The notes beneath the pieces are model-generated. The model saw only the letters and a program-made list of their open reading frames with translations. It was not told the origin of the DNA and made no database searches. Positions 1 to 12,265 of a DNA stretch of 64,000 nt are shown here, piece by piece. Within the stretch, counting starts at the first letter, position 1. Each line of letters starts with the position of its first letter. The position numbers and the translations under genes are program-made. Source of the stretch: Hydrolagus colliei (Eukaryota); the NCBI GenBank assembly GCA_035084275.1, contig CM068745.1, positions 49,414,001 through 49,478,000 on the forward strand, given 5' to 3'.

Positions 1-658
1 ATTTGTTATCACATTTTCTTCAAATCCAGTTGGCTAAGATGTTATATTCATTGAAGCATGTGAATTAATTTCTTGTCAGAATCTCAAAAACAAAATGTGA
101 CAATGCGGCTCCTTTAGAATTTAGGCAACAAGGAATTTGATTTAGAAATAACTTGGACATTTATGCAGAACTAGCTGATGATTTCCACTGTCATATTTTG
201 GGGCAAGATTATTGCACAGGTCCAATGTCTGGGTGTAATCTGTTTAGGATTATATGGTGCTGGTTGTCTTCCAAAACTCCAGTGTAGACTTTGTGAAATG
301 TTTCCAGGATTTTCAATGAATATGATATGGACAACACTTTCAATGACTGATTGATTCTCGAAAAACAGGCCTAAGAACCTGCCCTGGAGACAAAACTACA
401 CATCTTAATTGATGTTGAAATTCTCTTTCTACCCATTCTACTATAAAAACACACTTCTTTGGGGACTAATTTGTGCTGTCTCCTCTCGCAGAAGGCAATA
501 TAGCCTTCTAGCCTTTGTTCAAGATCGTCAATGTGGTTTTCCAGCTCCTTGGGACTTGCTCCAGACATAAAAGACACTGTACAAGTGTAACTTTGTTGTT
601 GTTTGCACTGAACACTACAATTGCTTAAAATATCAATAACGTTGATAACGTTGATATT

Positions 659-720
659 TCAGCACCTTGGGATGTCCTCCCGACGTGAAAGGCGCTCTAT
701 AAATGTAATTTGTTGTTGTT
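659..720 (+). mobile_element. Tail-only L2 insertion (~60 bp) with apparent 9-bp TSD
   Basis: cagcaccttgggatgtcctcccgacgtgaaaggcgctctataaatgtaatttgttgttgtt flanked by gttgatatt (650-658 and 718-726). Similar micro-copies at ~543-603, 4342-4405, 6430-6491, 9798-9849, 45270-45325(-), 48410-48460(-) and 55650-55710(-). Confidence 0.8.
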
Positions 721-1009
721 GATATTGAATGCTAGTCGGTCAGATTATTAAGCATAAAATTTGCTGTATGCAGAAAAACATAGAATCTTACTGCACAAAA
801 GAAGGCCATTCGGCGCATCAAGTCTGTCCACTAGAAATATCATCTTGCTGAATAGCTTTCAATATGTTATTTTCACGTAAGGAATTTCACCCAAATTGTG
901 TTAAGCTATTACAATGGATACATTTGTCTATAAAGGATTTTGTAAATTGAGGAGGATAAGATTTTTTTTCCTAAAACATCAAATGTAGTCTGGATGGAGC
1001 CCCACCCCC

Positions 1010-1720
1010 ACTTGTTATCTGCTTCCACCATCTCCTTCGACTCACTGAAATAATCTTTCTGCAGATTTCTTCTGAAATTACCCCCCTATGAGCCATATCC
1101 ATTGGATCTACTGTTCAGCACACGATAAAATAGCTTATCATGGTCTACATTATCTACTCCCTACAAAATCTTCAAGACTATATTATATCACACCCTCAAC
1201 CTTCTCTTCTCATGCTCAGTTCATCAGTTTAACTAATTGTTCCTCATAGTCCAGCCTCTCCATTCCCTGAATCATTATGGTTGCCCACTTTTGTATCCAC
1301 TCAATCGTTGCAATATAATTTGTTTATATTGCAGTGACCAGAACTGCACACAGTATTCTAAGTGTGGTCACACCAGTGATTTGTAAAGAGGCAGGATTAT
1401 CCCCACTAATTTCAGCTCCATATTATCCTTTAATACTGCCCAGAATCTGGTTTGCCTCATGCACTGCTACCGAGCCCTGTTAGAATAGCTTCAATTTATT
1501 ATCAATCAGGATCCCCAGGTCCTTTTCATTTTCCATGCAGATTATTTTCTAACCATTTAAATATTAGTCCCTTCCTGGATTTTTCTTCCTATGTGATGCA
1601 CTTTGCATTATTCTACACTAAATTTAATCTGCTATCAATCTACCAAATTCCTAAGAATGGTCAAGTCCCCCTGTAAACTATCCTGTTATTCTGTGCAGTT
1701 TATAGTGTCCTCTACTTTTC
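1010..1720 (-). mobile_element. Old CR1 3' fragment
   Basis: Colinear similarity to 52180-52910 (e.g. gtgaccagaactgcacacagtattc); a separate CR1 tail piece lies at 779-828. Confidence 0.75.
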
Positions 1721-1729
1721 CAAACTCCG

Positions 1730-1976
1730 TGACCCCATCTCCCCCATCCTCGCCCAACTCCTTTCACTCCCCATCATCCAAAGGATTGAATTCAAGATCC
1801 TGGTCCTCACATTTAAAGCCCTCCACAACCTTGCCCCACCCTAAAACTCCTAATCCCCCCCCCCCCCGCCCCCACCACCACCGTCCTCAGCTCGGGTCTG
1901 GAGGAGTAACTGTCCAGTGCCTTGGGATGTCCTCCTGACGTGAAGGCGCTATACAAGTGTCATTTTGTTGTTGTTA
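1730..1976 (+). mobile_element. L2 LINE 3' fragment
   Basis: ggattgaattcaagatcctggtcctcacatttaaagcc (RIEFKILVLTFKA-like) plus L2 tail cttgggatgtcctcctgacgtgaaggcgct...gttgtt. Confidence 0.8.
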
Positions 1977-1983
1977 TATCTTG

Positions 1984-2318
1984 GAGATGTATGAAAGTGC
2001 TTCAGAGAATATACTGTAATGACTATATATTTTATGAGCGAAACACTGTAGCCAATTGCATACAGTGGTGTCCCTCAAACTGCCATGGATTGATGGCAAA
2101 ATTATTATTATCTTTTAAATCTTTTTTTTCTCCAAGGGATTATTACCACCAGAAAAGTGATCTGCCAATCGATTAACAATCAAGTTCCTATTATTTCTAG
2201 GTAAACAGAGGTGTGTGGAACAAGGACATTTTCCAAATGTTATGCTCTACTCGGGAATCAAACCCATGTCCTTTTGTTTGGGAGGCAAGTGTTCTAACCA
2301 GTAAGCTACAAGACTCCA
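1984..2318 (-). mobile_element. tRNA-derived SINE, long variant
   Basis: Reverse complement of the family consensus; head ends ...agctacaagactcca. A separate 3' fragment lies at 2338-2450. Confidence 0.75.
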
Positions 2319-4624
2319 TAGCATAACATGAAGTTTTCAATAATAATGATCCTTGCATTTGATATAGCACTTTTCAGGTCTTCCAGATGTCTCAAAGCGC
2401 ATCACAGAATATACTCTAAGGTCAATTGACTGTACACTTGTGGGCGAATACAGACTTTATATTCAGCTCTTATATATAGCAATTTGACAGACTCAATACA
2501 TTACCAAGTAATTATATAGACAGATGTATAATATGCAATTCTCTTGGTGTCAGTCACTAAGTTCCTTCACAAAGTTACAACTTGTGTTACTTGTCCAATC
2601 TTCTGCTCAACAGTAATAGGATTTCCAACTGGCAGTCAGCTGGGCCTCCCAAGTAGAACTCAGTCATGATAATCACAGTTTATCATTTGTGTAAAGAGAA
2701 AAAGATCCCTTTGCCTGTTTCGATCAACCAGGTTGTCAGTTACTCAGCTGTGCCAGTTGGAAATTAGAAACAGAATAACACAAGGGAAAAGATCCAGGAG
2801 GTTCACAATTTCACAAGGTGCCAGCTTAGCTCAGTCTGTGGCACTCTCATCTCTGAGTTAGGATGCTGCAGATTTATAGTTGTAGAAAGACTTTGACATC
2901 TTGTAACTTAGCCTAACTCTCCAATACAGTGGTGAGATGCCCTGCATTGTAATATAATAGCAAAATGTATGAATCAGTACCTTATTTTTGTTTGGAACAT
3001 GTTGATGCTAGCACAAAGGACTCTGGAGATTTAAAGAATATCTTGAATGGAAAGATGGTAGGTTTACACAAAAGGATATCTTTCATCCGAACTCTATATT
3101 ATTATGAATAATAATAACAATAATACTTTAATATATTATTAATGAATAATATCACTATTAATAATAATCATCATATTTGATATAGCACCTTATGCATCAG
3201 GAAGATATATCAAAGTGCTTTAAGAATTTGCACGCAACATTATGCCACAAAATAGTAACAAAGTGAATTACCAATTTTATCGGGTCAGTGTGACAAAACG
3301 TTTTGGGAGGGCAACAAAATAAATGTTCTCGATTGAATATTTATTACTTTATGCCAAACACATTGTCAACCTCCATGATTGGGAGCAACAAATGAACATA
3401 GCATTCTTTGGGAATAATCTTTGATCTAGCATTATGCTGTCAGGTGCTAATTGTTCACTCCATATCTTCCTTGACATATCCTTACTCCGACAATGGGCCT
3501 TTTCTTAATCATCTGGTTGACTGACACATGCCATGCTTAAGAGTATCCAAACTATCCATGAATCGCACCTAGACATGGAAATCCCAGAGATAGGTTATTG
3601 GAATGGAAGGCACATTCTCTCACTCTTTATAAAGAAGGAAAGGGTGTGCATGCATGATGTGTGGGCCAAACGGTTCTGTTTTGTTAACTTGCATGAGACA
3701 CGAATGGAAAACAGGATAGATTAAATGCAAATTAACTGAAAAAAAACTAAGCAATTTAAACCATGTACAGTACTTTGTTTGATCTGTCATCAAATTTTCT
3801 CCTCTTTATTGTCTCCTTTTTAAAACTGCGATCATTATTTGGGGGGAATCCTGGTTATGTACACAATTGTATAATTGCTTCCACAATAACACACATGTGT
3901 TTGCATTGCAAACTTGTTGAGGAGTTAGTGAGTGATCTCTTGTAATATAATAAGCCTCTGAGGAGCAAAATGAACTGAGGAGCAGCTGGTTTCTTAGTTG
4001 ATAATAAATCCCCCTGCACTAGCAATTCTCTAATACCTTGACATTCTTTAAAATAGCTAATCCAGCAGGTTGTTGCCTTTGGAATCTTTCACTCCAGGAC
4101 CTCTCTTTATAAAGCATTCTTCATGCATGTAAGCGTTTTTTTTCCATCACATTGCAGTTTGAGCAATAGATCAGATGTATGTTCAATTGATCTATGAAGA
4201 ATATTGACCATTATTATTATATTATTGTATTACGATATTATTATTATTATCAGCTATGAAGTATATTGACTATTTCTGGATTCTTGATATAATCAAAGTC
4301 TGAACTGTTTTGCTTCTTAATATGAGTTGGATACCAACAGTGTTCAGTGCCTTGGGACGTCCTCCCGACATGAAAGGAGCTCTAATGTAATTTTGTTGTT
4401 GTTGTCCAGAGTTGCTAAACCCACATTTGTACTGAGCATTACTTGTGGCTCATCAACAACAGTGTGGGTCATATCAGTCAAAAAGTTTTACATCAGAAAT
4501 GCATGTGTGAATTTCCAATTACATATGATCAAAGACATTTTCAGCAGTTGTCTAGTCATAGTGGAAACACTGCAACAAAGAGTTAGGACTGTATCCATAA
4601 CTCTCTTATCCAACTGAAATCTGC

Positions 4625-5121
4625 TACCACATCACTCCCACCCTCGCCCGTCTCCAATAGCTCCCCATCCCCCAGAGGATCGAATTAAAGATCCTCATCT
4701 TCACCTTCAAGGCCATTCACGGCCTTGCCCCACCCATCTGTCTGACTTGTTGTATCCCTATCTTCCTGCCAGCCCCTTCCGTTCAGCAGACTCAGGCCTG
4801 CTCCACGTCCACTGCCCTAACTGCCCAACCATCGGTGGCTGGGCTTTCAGCCTCTCTGCTCCCACACTGTGGAACTCCATCCCACAGCCCCTCCACCTTG
4901 CTTCCTCCCTTTCCTCCTTCAAGGCCGGTCTCAAGACCTTGCTCTTCAACCGCGCCTTCTGCTCTCCCACTAACTCTTCCCCCTCTCCTTCCCCCTACCC
5001 CGACCCTCCACCCCCACCCAACCCCCCACGAGGGACCCGACCTGACTGTTCAGTGCTTTGGGATGTCCTCCCGAGGTGAAAGGCGCTTTATAAATGCAAT
5101 TTTGTTGTTGTTGTTGTTGTT
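4625..5121 (+). mobile_element. L2 LINE 3' fragment
   Basis: GGWAFSLSAPTLWNSIP...SFKAGLKTLLF, then stem-loop tail and (GTT)n. Confidence 0.9.
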
Positions 5122-5154
5122 GAAAGCCCTGATACTGTTAACATTCCAGATATT

Positions 5155-5520
5155 TAGTCTTGTAGTTCATTGGTTAGAGCACTTGCCTCGCAAGCAGGAG
5201 ACCTGGGGTTTATTCCCGGCAAGGTGAAATATTGGTCTAGTTTTCTTACTCCGCACACCTCTGTTTACCTAGCAGTAAGTAGTAACTCGGTTGTTTGTCA
5301 ATTAGCAGTTCGCTTTTCAGTGGATAATAATTCTTTAATAAATAATATTAATTTGGTCACTCAACCCATGACTGTTTGTGGGATACTGCTGTGTGATATT
5401 GGTTTCCACATTTCACCCACAAATATATAGTCAATTGACAGTTTATTTTATGAAGTGCTTTGAGACATCTCGAGGATGTGGTAAATGCTATATCAAATGG
5501 AGGGATTATTATTATTATTA
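5155..5520 (+). mobile_element. tRNA-derived SINE, long variant (tRNA head + CORE-like + Deu-type 3' + L2-type tail)
   Basis: A/B-box head gtagttcattggttagagc..ggtttattccc; cctctgtttacctagcagtaagtag segment; tgtttgtgggatactgctgtgtg; (TTA)n tail. Confidence 0.85.
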
Positions 5521-6602
5521 AATATATTGCATATGTAAATTGAGAATTCTAGGTGTTTTAGAATATTCCACACTCAATTGAAACTTGTAGTGATTTTGCA
5601 ATAATTTGTTAATTTTCTAATGCAATTTTGTAAACAACCATTGATACTTGCACATGCAATTTTCTTGGATTTAACTGTTGTGTATTTACATACAAAAAGA
5701 TTAGTGAAATCAAGAGGTGTAAGTTCATTTGAAAACATAGAAAACAGGTTGTGTGAATTGTGTGTTTAATACACAAATCTATGCCATTACATTCTCATCA
5801 AACACATGTATCAATTGAATATACAGTTTTACTTGATGATTCAAATGAATATGGTAATAGATAACTATTTCAATTGAATATTCAAAAAGCCTGTCTGGAA
5901 ACATTCTTACCACATCAATATAAAATGATTCAATACACACGTCTTTATAAGTAAGTTATCAGGAGGATTATTTGAAACACATGTTTCTGTTGAAGCTGAA
6001 GTGGCTGTGAGCTGCACTGACAGCCTACATGAATCGAATGCAACTCACACCTCTATGGTTAGCCATCACTGCCAACTATGTCATACACAAAGATACAAAG
6101 AGAAGAAGGAACAATAAAAGAGGCCTGCAGTCCCATCAAATTCACTAACAGGAGAAACATCACTCCACCAATCTGAATATATACCTGTACATTTCTCTTT
6201 ATGCTGGTCACTCCAAGGAAAGGTGAGCAAACAAAAAAAACACAAGAAAACGTTTTGCAGGAATTTATTTCTCACAGAAATAAAAACAAAAAAAGTTCTG
6301 CAGGAATTTATTTCACGCAAAAATTTAGTGTGAATTTTGAAACTCACTGCCCGAAGCTCAGTCAACCGACAGAGAAAACCTGTAAGAGCAAACTCGCTGT
6401 AGAGCAATAGCAGCTTGCATTTATATAGTGTCGTTGGGACGTCCTCTCGATGTGAAAAGAGTTATAAAAATGGAATTATGTTGTTGTTGTTTGTGTGTAC
6501 ATGTACATAGCAACTACTTGTGAAGTACTTTAAGATGTATAGACACTATCAAATGCAAGGATGATATTATTATAAATAATAATGATACTATGAATGACTA
6601 TT

Positions 6603-6945
6603 AATATTATTATTATTCCTTGCATTTGATACAGCGCCTTATCACATCGTTGAGATATCTCAAAGTGCTTCACAGAATATACTGTAAAGTGAATTCACTG
6701 TATATTTGTGAGCGAAACATGGCAGCTAATTGTAAATAGCAGTGTCTCACCAATAGTTGTGGATTAAATTGTTATTTAAAAAATGTTGGAGACATTTTAT
6801 CCCGGGAAAGCAATCTACCAATCTACCCGGGGTCCTACTTGCCCTTAGGTTAAAAATAGGCATGTGGAGTAAAGAAATTTGCCTGTGATTGTGCCTCATA
6901 CCGCCCTGGAATTGAATCAAACCTAATTTGTCTCACTAACCACAA
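6603..6945 (-). mobile_element. tRNA-derived SINE (degenerate head)
   Basis: ccttgcatttgatacagcgcc..ctcaaagtgcttcacagaatatactgtaaag..tggagtaaagaaatttgcc. Confidence 0.7.
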
Positions 6946-7399
6946 TAGGGGGTCTGAACCTCAATAATCAGTAGCTGCCTGGAGATCCCAACCATGGGGA
7001 GGGGTGCGAGGAAAAGGGGGAAACTACCCCACAAATCGAGAAGTTCCTCAATGTAAAGAGAAAGAGTGAGTGAGCAAATGGACTGGGAAAGTTAAGCCTG
7101 TCAGTAAGTTTGTGGTTGTTGCCTGGACAGAAGCAGAGGTTTTCCGACTTTGACAGATGGGCCGGGAATACTGACCAGGATTGTGAAGAATGTCGATCTC
7201 TCCAAAGGTAATGCTGTCTCCGTGTAGCTCAGTGTTACACACCCACACTGCCCGCTCTATGCTGGGCTGTCTCACAATCACCAACCAGTATGTGTGTAGC
7301 GTTGTGAGATACTAAACTTGCAATCAAATGCCCAAAAGAGTAATGTAATCCTCACTGGACAAGCAGTGGGAAGTTTGCTGGCAGTGCTTTCAATGTTAA

Positions 7400-7890
7400 C
7401 AACAACAAAAAAATTACATTTATAGACCACCCTTCACGTCGTGAGGTCATCCCAAGGTGCTGAAAATTTTGGGTCGGAACCCGAGCAAGAGGAAGTGGCA
7501 GGGCAGGTGGGAGGGGCTGATGCTGCCAGCACCCGAGGTGCTTAGCTGTTGACACAAGCCGATCAGCAGGACCTCAGTCTTGTGGACGTTCAACTGGAGA
7601 AAATTGTTTCTTGTCCAGGATGCGATGTCAGACAGGCAAGCAATCAGGACACTGGTAGTCCTGGAGTTGAAGGTAGAAGCAGAGAGGTAGAGTTGGGAGT
7701 CATCCACATCTCCTGACCATTTGTGACCTTGATCAGAGCAGTTTCCCTGCTATGGGCAGCACAGAAGCTCAATTGGAGGGGCTCATGGAGAGAGTTGGAT
7801 GAGAGGAAGAAGCCAAGCTGGAAGGCAACGACTATTTCAAGGATCTTAGACAGAAAATAGAAGTTGGAGTTGGGCCATTAGCTTGAAAGT
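7400..7890 (-). mobile_element. L2 LINE fragment with internal deletions
   Basis: Minus ORF DDSQLYLS...CLSDIASW..NNFLQLNVHKTEVLLIG joined directly to the L2 tail; an upstream piece encodes an FLSKILE-like RT motif. Confidence 0.85.
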
Positions 7891-9354
7891 GGCGACACAT
7901 CAAGTTAAGCAGTTTTAGCAGGTTCTCTTTTGCTGCAGTACAAAATAAATAGGTTGTTATCCAGCTCAAATTCAGTGGTATTCTGTCTCTGGAAAAGTGT
8001 AAGTTTTACCCTCTGAAGTGTTAAGCACCAATGTGATTTGCACCCAAATGACTGAGCTTCTGAGTTAAGATGCAATAACTGAAGAGGATGGCACAAGTGG
8101 GCAAAGATGACCAAAAGTGCAGTCAAAGTCTAAAGGTTTCATGTTTCTACTCAACACACTTGTAGAATTAATTAATAATATATTGTTGTGATCTTAAATG
8201 ACCTTCCTTCAAAATTATTCCCTTTGGTTGCATCTAGTACTGCAAGAAGGGAAGCTAAATTTAACGGATGGCGATACTCTGGCATCTCCTTCGCTGTTAA
8301 TCCCATCTGCTGATAAAAAATAGTAAATTTTAGTTTTCAGTGAAACTAATGATAAGTGATAATATCTTGGTGGGAGCGTGGGTGGAGGGCGCAATGCCAG
8401 AAAGTCATTTAGTTTATGAAAATACCTTGCCTTTTAAATGGTAGGGGTTCTTGGACATTTCAAACTCCCTGAGCTGGCTGACCTACCTGAGTTTTTAGCT
8501 TTCATGCATTTTGAACATTGGAACATGAAGACATTGGTACTCGGTATTTCCTCTCAATGTGAAAGGTGCTGTACAAATGTAATTCCATTGTTGTTGTACT
8601 TGTCGTTGATACACAGTAGAAGACTTTGTTATCTATAAACCCATGCATTGTTGCATGCTAAGTGTCAGTAAATGTGTGATTATTTCACAATCATTTATCC
8701 TTACTTCAGACACAGTAAAACACAACACAAGAACTGGATGGATTACTAACATCTGCCATACCAGCTGCTAGTGTGAAAGAGAATGCAACCATCTCCATGA
8801 ATTCCATAGTTGTTATAACAAGTAATACCTCTGAGTGATTTACGGCTAATTTTATCTAAGGGTTTGCAATGATGCCTACAAAAGACATTGAGGCCGGAGA
8901 CAGGCAGTCCCTGCATCTGTGATATTATCTGGTCCCCTCTGCGAAGTCACAACCTTGTATTAACTTCCAGCTCTTCATTACCTTTTAAAATTAATTAAAA
9001 AATCAATTGAACATTAATAATTGAAAAATAAAATGTACAATTTATAAGCGTCTATTCAAATAGTCCGTCAAGCTGTTACTCTCAAGACAAAAAACATATA
9101 TTTGCACCTCTTTTGATTTAGTATGTTCCATTTGACAAATCAATTCTTATGTTAAAAAAGTTTAAAGTTTAAGAAGTTTTAGTTCCAGACACTCATGTAA
9201 TAAACTACCTGTACCCATTGCAGCTAATCTTGCAATCAAAGGATCCAATAATGAATGTAAATTGACCCAAAGAGACATACTAACTTATCCTTGAAAGATT
9301 TGATTTTTGCTCTACAAATATAATTTTGTTGCTGTTGTTCGCTTAGGCAAAGCG

Positions 9355-9570
9355 CTTTAAAAAGAGCAATTTAATACCACTCCCCAGGTCTCCCCCATAA
9401 CCTTGCAAACCTGTTCTCCCCAAATAAATGTCTACCTCTCTTTTAAAAGTTGTTATCAAATTCGCCTCCACCACCTTTCAGGCAATGCATTCCAGATTCA
9501 AACAACTTGCTGGATAAAAAACTTTCGCCTCATCTCCCCTCTCCTTCTTTTTGAAATTATTTTAAATCTA
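9355..9570 (-). mobile_element. CR1 3' fragment
   Basis: High similarity to 52081-52295 (ttttaaaagttgttatc..gcctccaccacc.tttcaggcaatgcattccagatt). Confidence 0.85.
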
Positions 9571-10044
9571 TTTTAAATCAGCTGAATTATAAAATATAAA
9601 TATGTAATTTATAATCACTGGGACATCCTCCCAAAGTGAAACGTGCATTAAAATATAATTTTGTTTTTGTTGCCACGGTTTAGCTTTGTCTGTTTATTTT
9701 TTGTTTTTTACTTTGATCCTGCCAATACTGCCTAAGTGAGTGCATTGTGATGCAGGTTGCCACAGCGCCACGGTCAGCTGATGTAGCCACCAGGTGTAAC
9801 GTCCTCCTGATGTGAAAGGCACTCTATAAATGTAATTTTGTTGTTGTTGCATATAACAACAGCCATCCTAAATTATTTAACTCATTGCATTGGATAAAAA
9901 CATGTTACAGCTTAAAAATAACAGGAGGAAGTTGAATTCAAGTAATGAAATCATTATTCACAAAAATAAGTTTTCACTGTATAAGTATATTTAATTTAAA
10001 CGTATTGATAGAAAATTTACAACAGTAAGCTTTTGCTCTGTTAA

Positions 10045-10360
10045 ATAAGTTTAACTTAGAGAGGAGAGCTGGTGGAGTAGGATAAAGTGGTCAACAGGCA
10101 GCAGAGAGGTCAAGGAGGACGAGGAGACAGAGGGAGCCCTGGTCAAAGAGGGACAAAATATTATTTGTCACCTTGACAAGGACTGTTTCTGTGATGTGGG
10201 CAGTACAGATATCCCATTGGAGGAGTTTGTAGAGGGTGTGATGGGAACAGAAGGACAAAGCTAAGAATCAACGGCTCATTCCAGAACCTTGGAAAGAGAG
10301 GTGAGAGATGAGTGTTAATTGGAGAGCAGGAATGGGTCCAGGGAAGATTTTTTGAGGATA
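10045..10360 (-). mobile_element. Old L2 RT fragment
   Basis: Antisense similarity to 59400-59720 (acagaaacagtccttgtcaaggtgacaaataatatt; ctcgtcctccttgacctctctgctgcc). Confidence 0.7.
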
Positions 10361-11345
10361 GGGTCCCTATTGAGTAGGCCTGAATTAGTTAGTGGGTATG
10401 TTGTTCAGTTCACCAAGAAAGCTGCTTTCAATGTAACCACTCCCATTGTTAACACGCATTGATCAGCGATTAAGCAGCTTCCTGGCAGGTGGAATGGGTG
10501 ATGAGGGGAAGAAACATGAGTTGGCTCTGTTGCACCACTCTTACTCGTTTATTGGTGATTGAACAAAACTGGCAGAATGATGCCTTTGGAGTTAGCAGGA
10601 GATGCACTGGATCAGCCTGACTAGCAAAGAATGGCAAGTAATGTATATTTGTAGATAAACGGGCAAAAAATAAGCCAAAAAAGAGAGTGGTCCAGTTACC
10701 AACAGTGTTGATATAGAAATCTATTACAATATTAACTGAAACAAAGATATTTTTTGTCACATTTGGTTATGGGTGTTGGCTGTGATTCCAGCAGAGTCAC
10801 TTTGAATTCCCAAATGGATTGCACAATCACCCACAGCAGGGGAGGTAGCAGAATATTTTTACTGAGATCAAGTTCGGTTTGTGGAACTCCAAGTCAACAT
10901 AAAATAATTCTTATATATAAAAAAAATACTGGAGGCTTTCATTGTAGTGTCCCCTTGTCTGCACTAAAATTACTATGTTGCAACAAGTTTAATACAAAAA
11001 ACAAACATTATTAAAGAAGCACTTTCTTTTAGGCAGTGTACAACAGTATCACTGCTTTGGATTAGATTAGTTCAGGGAGAAGGCCAAATTGGAAGATAAT
11101 GGCTGGATTCAGCCTGGCTGGATTGTCTTGTGAGTCTTGCCTCTGAGTTGGACAGTTAGGGGTTTGAGCCTCGTTGAAACTTAAACTCACGTAGTCTAGG
11201 CTGACACTCCAGTGCAGTGGTGAAGATGTGCTGCATTGTTGGAGGTGCTGCCCTTGATAATGATAAAAATAATAATAATAATCCTTGCAATATTATGTCT
11301 GAAAAGCACTTTGTAGGATTTACTGTGAAATTAATTGACTATGTA

Positions 11346-12058
11346 CAGTAGAAGCCCATTTATCCGGCACCGGCAGAACCTGCCGGTTAAAGCGCCTGCC
11401 GGATATTCGGGATGTCCACAGCTGAAAACCCACCACAAAAAAATTAAAGTTCTTTTAACATGTAACATACACACCAGATTAAATAATGGTAGATAGTGAC
11501 AGAATGTTGTGTTGGTGCTTGCTGTTGGGGCTGCTCTCTTGTGCTTCTCACCTTTGCTTGTTGGGTTTTGCAATTTTTTTTGAATGGGGGCGCCAGGCGG
11601 GTGAAAAAAACAGCAGCGCGATTTTAAAGTCGCGCGACATTACTAGCTGCAAGTCGACGCTCTAGACTCTACTAGTGGCAAACCAAAATACTGCACCTGA
11701 GCGACAATGTGCGTTATTGGCTAGCATTGTCGGCTTGTTCCTCGTCTGACTTTAAAGTTTTTTTCGCCCGCTTGGCGTGCTCCATTTTGGGGGGAGTCGC
11801 TGGACTGTAAACCTCAACCGCAGCATCATGGATTCAAGCGCAGCATGTACCAACGGGGGTGGGGAGTGTGGGAGAGTGGTTTTGACAGTGAGTGCCAATA
11901 CAATATTCTGTTTATGTTATTATTTATACATTTACAAATGCTCCACCGGTATTGTTCCGGATAAGTTCCAGTTTATCGAATGGGAAACTATTTTTGGGCG
12001 TGTCCTGGTTACACAGAAGTGCCGGTGCATCGAGTCATGGATACACGGGCTTCTACTG
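11346..12058. mobile_element. Tc1/mariner (pogo/Tigger-type) MITE
   Basis: TIR cagtagaagcccatttatcc vs reverse complement cagtagaagcccgtgtatcc (18/20); TA on both sides; inserted in a SINE 3' part. Confidence 0.88.
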
Positions 12059-12135
12059 TATATGTAATTAAATGCGGCAGCACAAAAACACACAGCGATT
12101 TCCCTCAAACAGCTATTAAATGAGTGAACAATTTA

Positions 12136-12265
12136 NNNNNNNNNNNNNNNNNNNNNNNNNNNNNNNNNNNNNNNNNNNNNNNNNNNNNNNNNNNNNNNNN
12201 NNNNNNNNNNNNNNNNNNNNNNNNNNNNNNNNNNNNNNNNNNNNNNNNNNNNNNNNNNNNNNNNN
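12136..12265. other. Assembly gap (130 N)
   Basis: N run. Confidence 1.

Noticed and set aside
371-577. 68-aa ORF with apparent splice acceptor as a host exon
   Set aside because: The acceptor and first ~11 codons are the antisense of an L2 tail (543-603); the remainder is treated only as a possible fossil.
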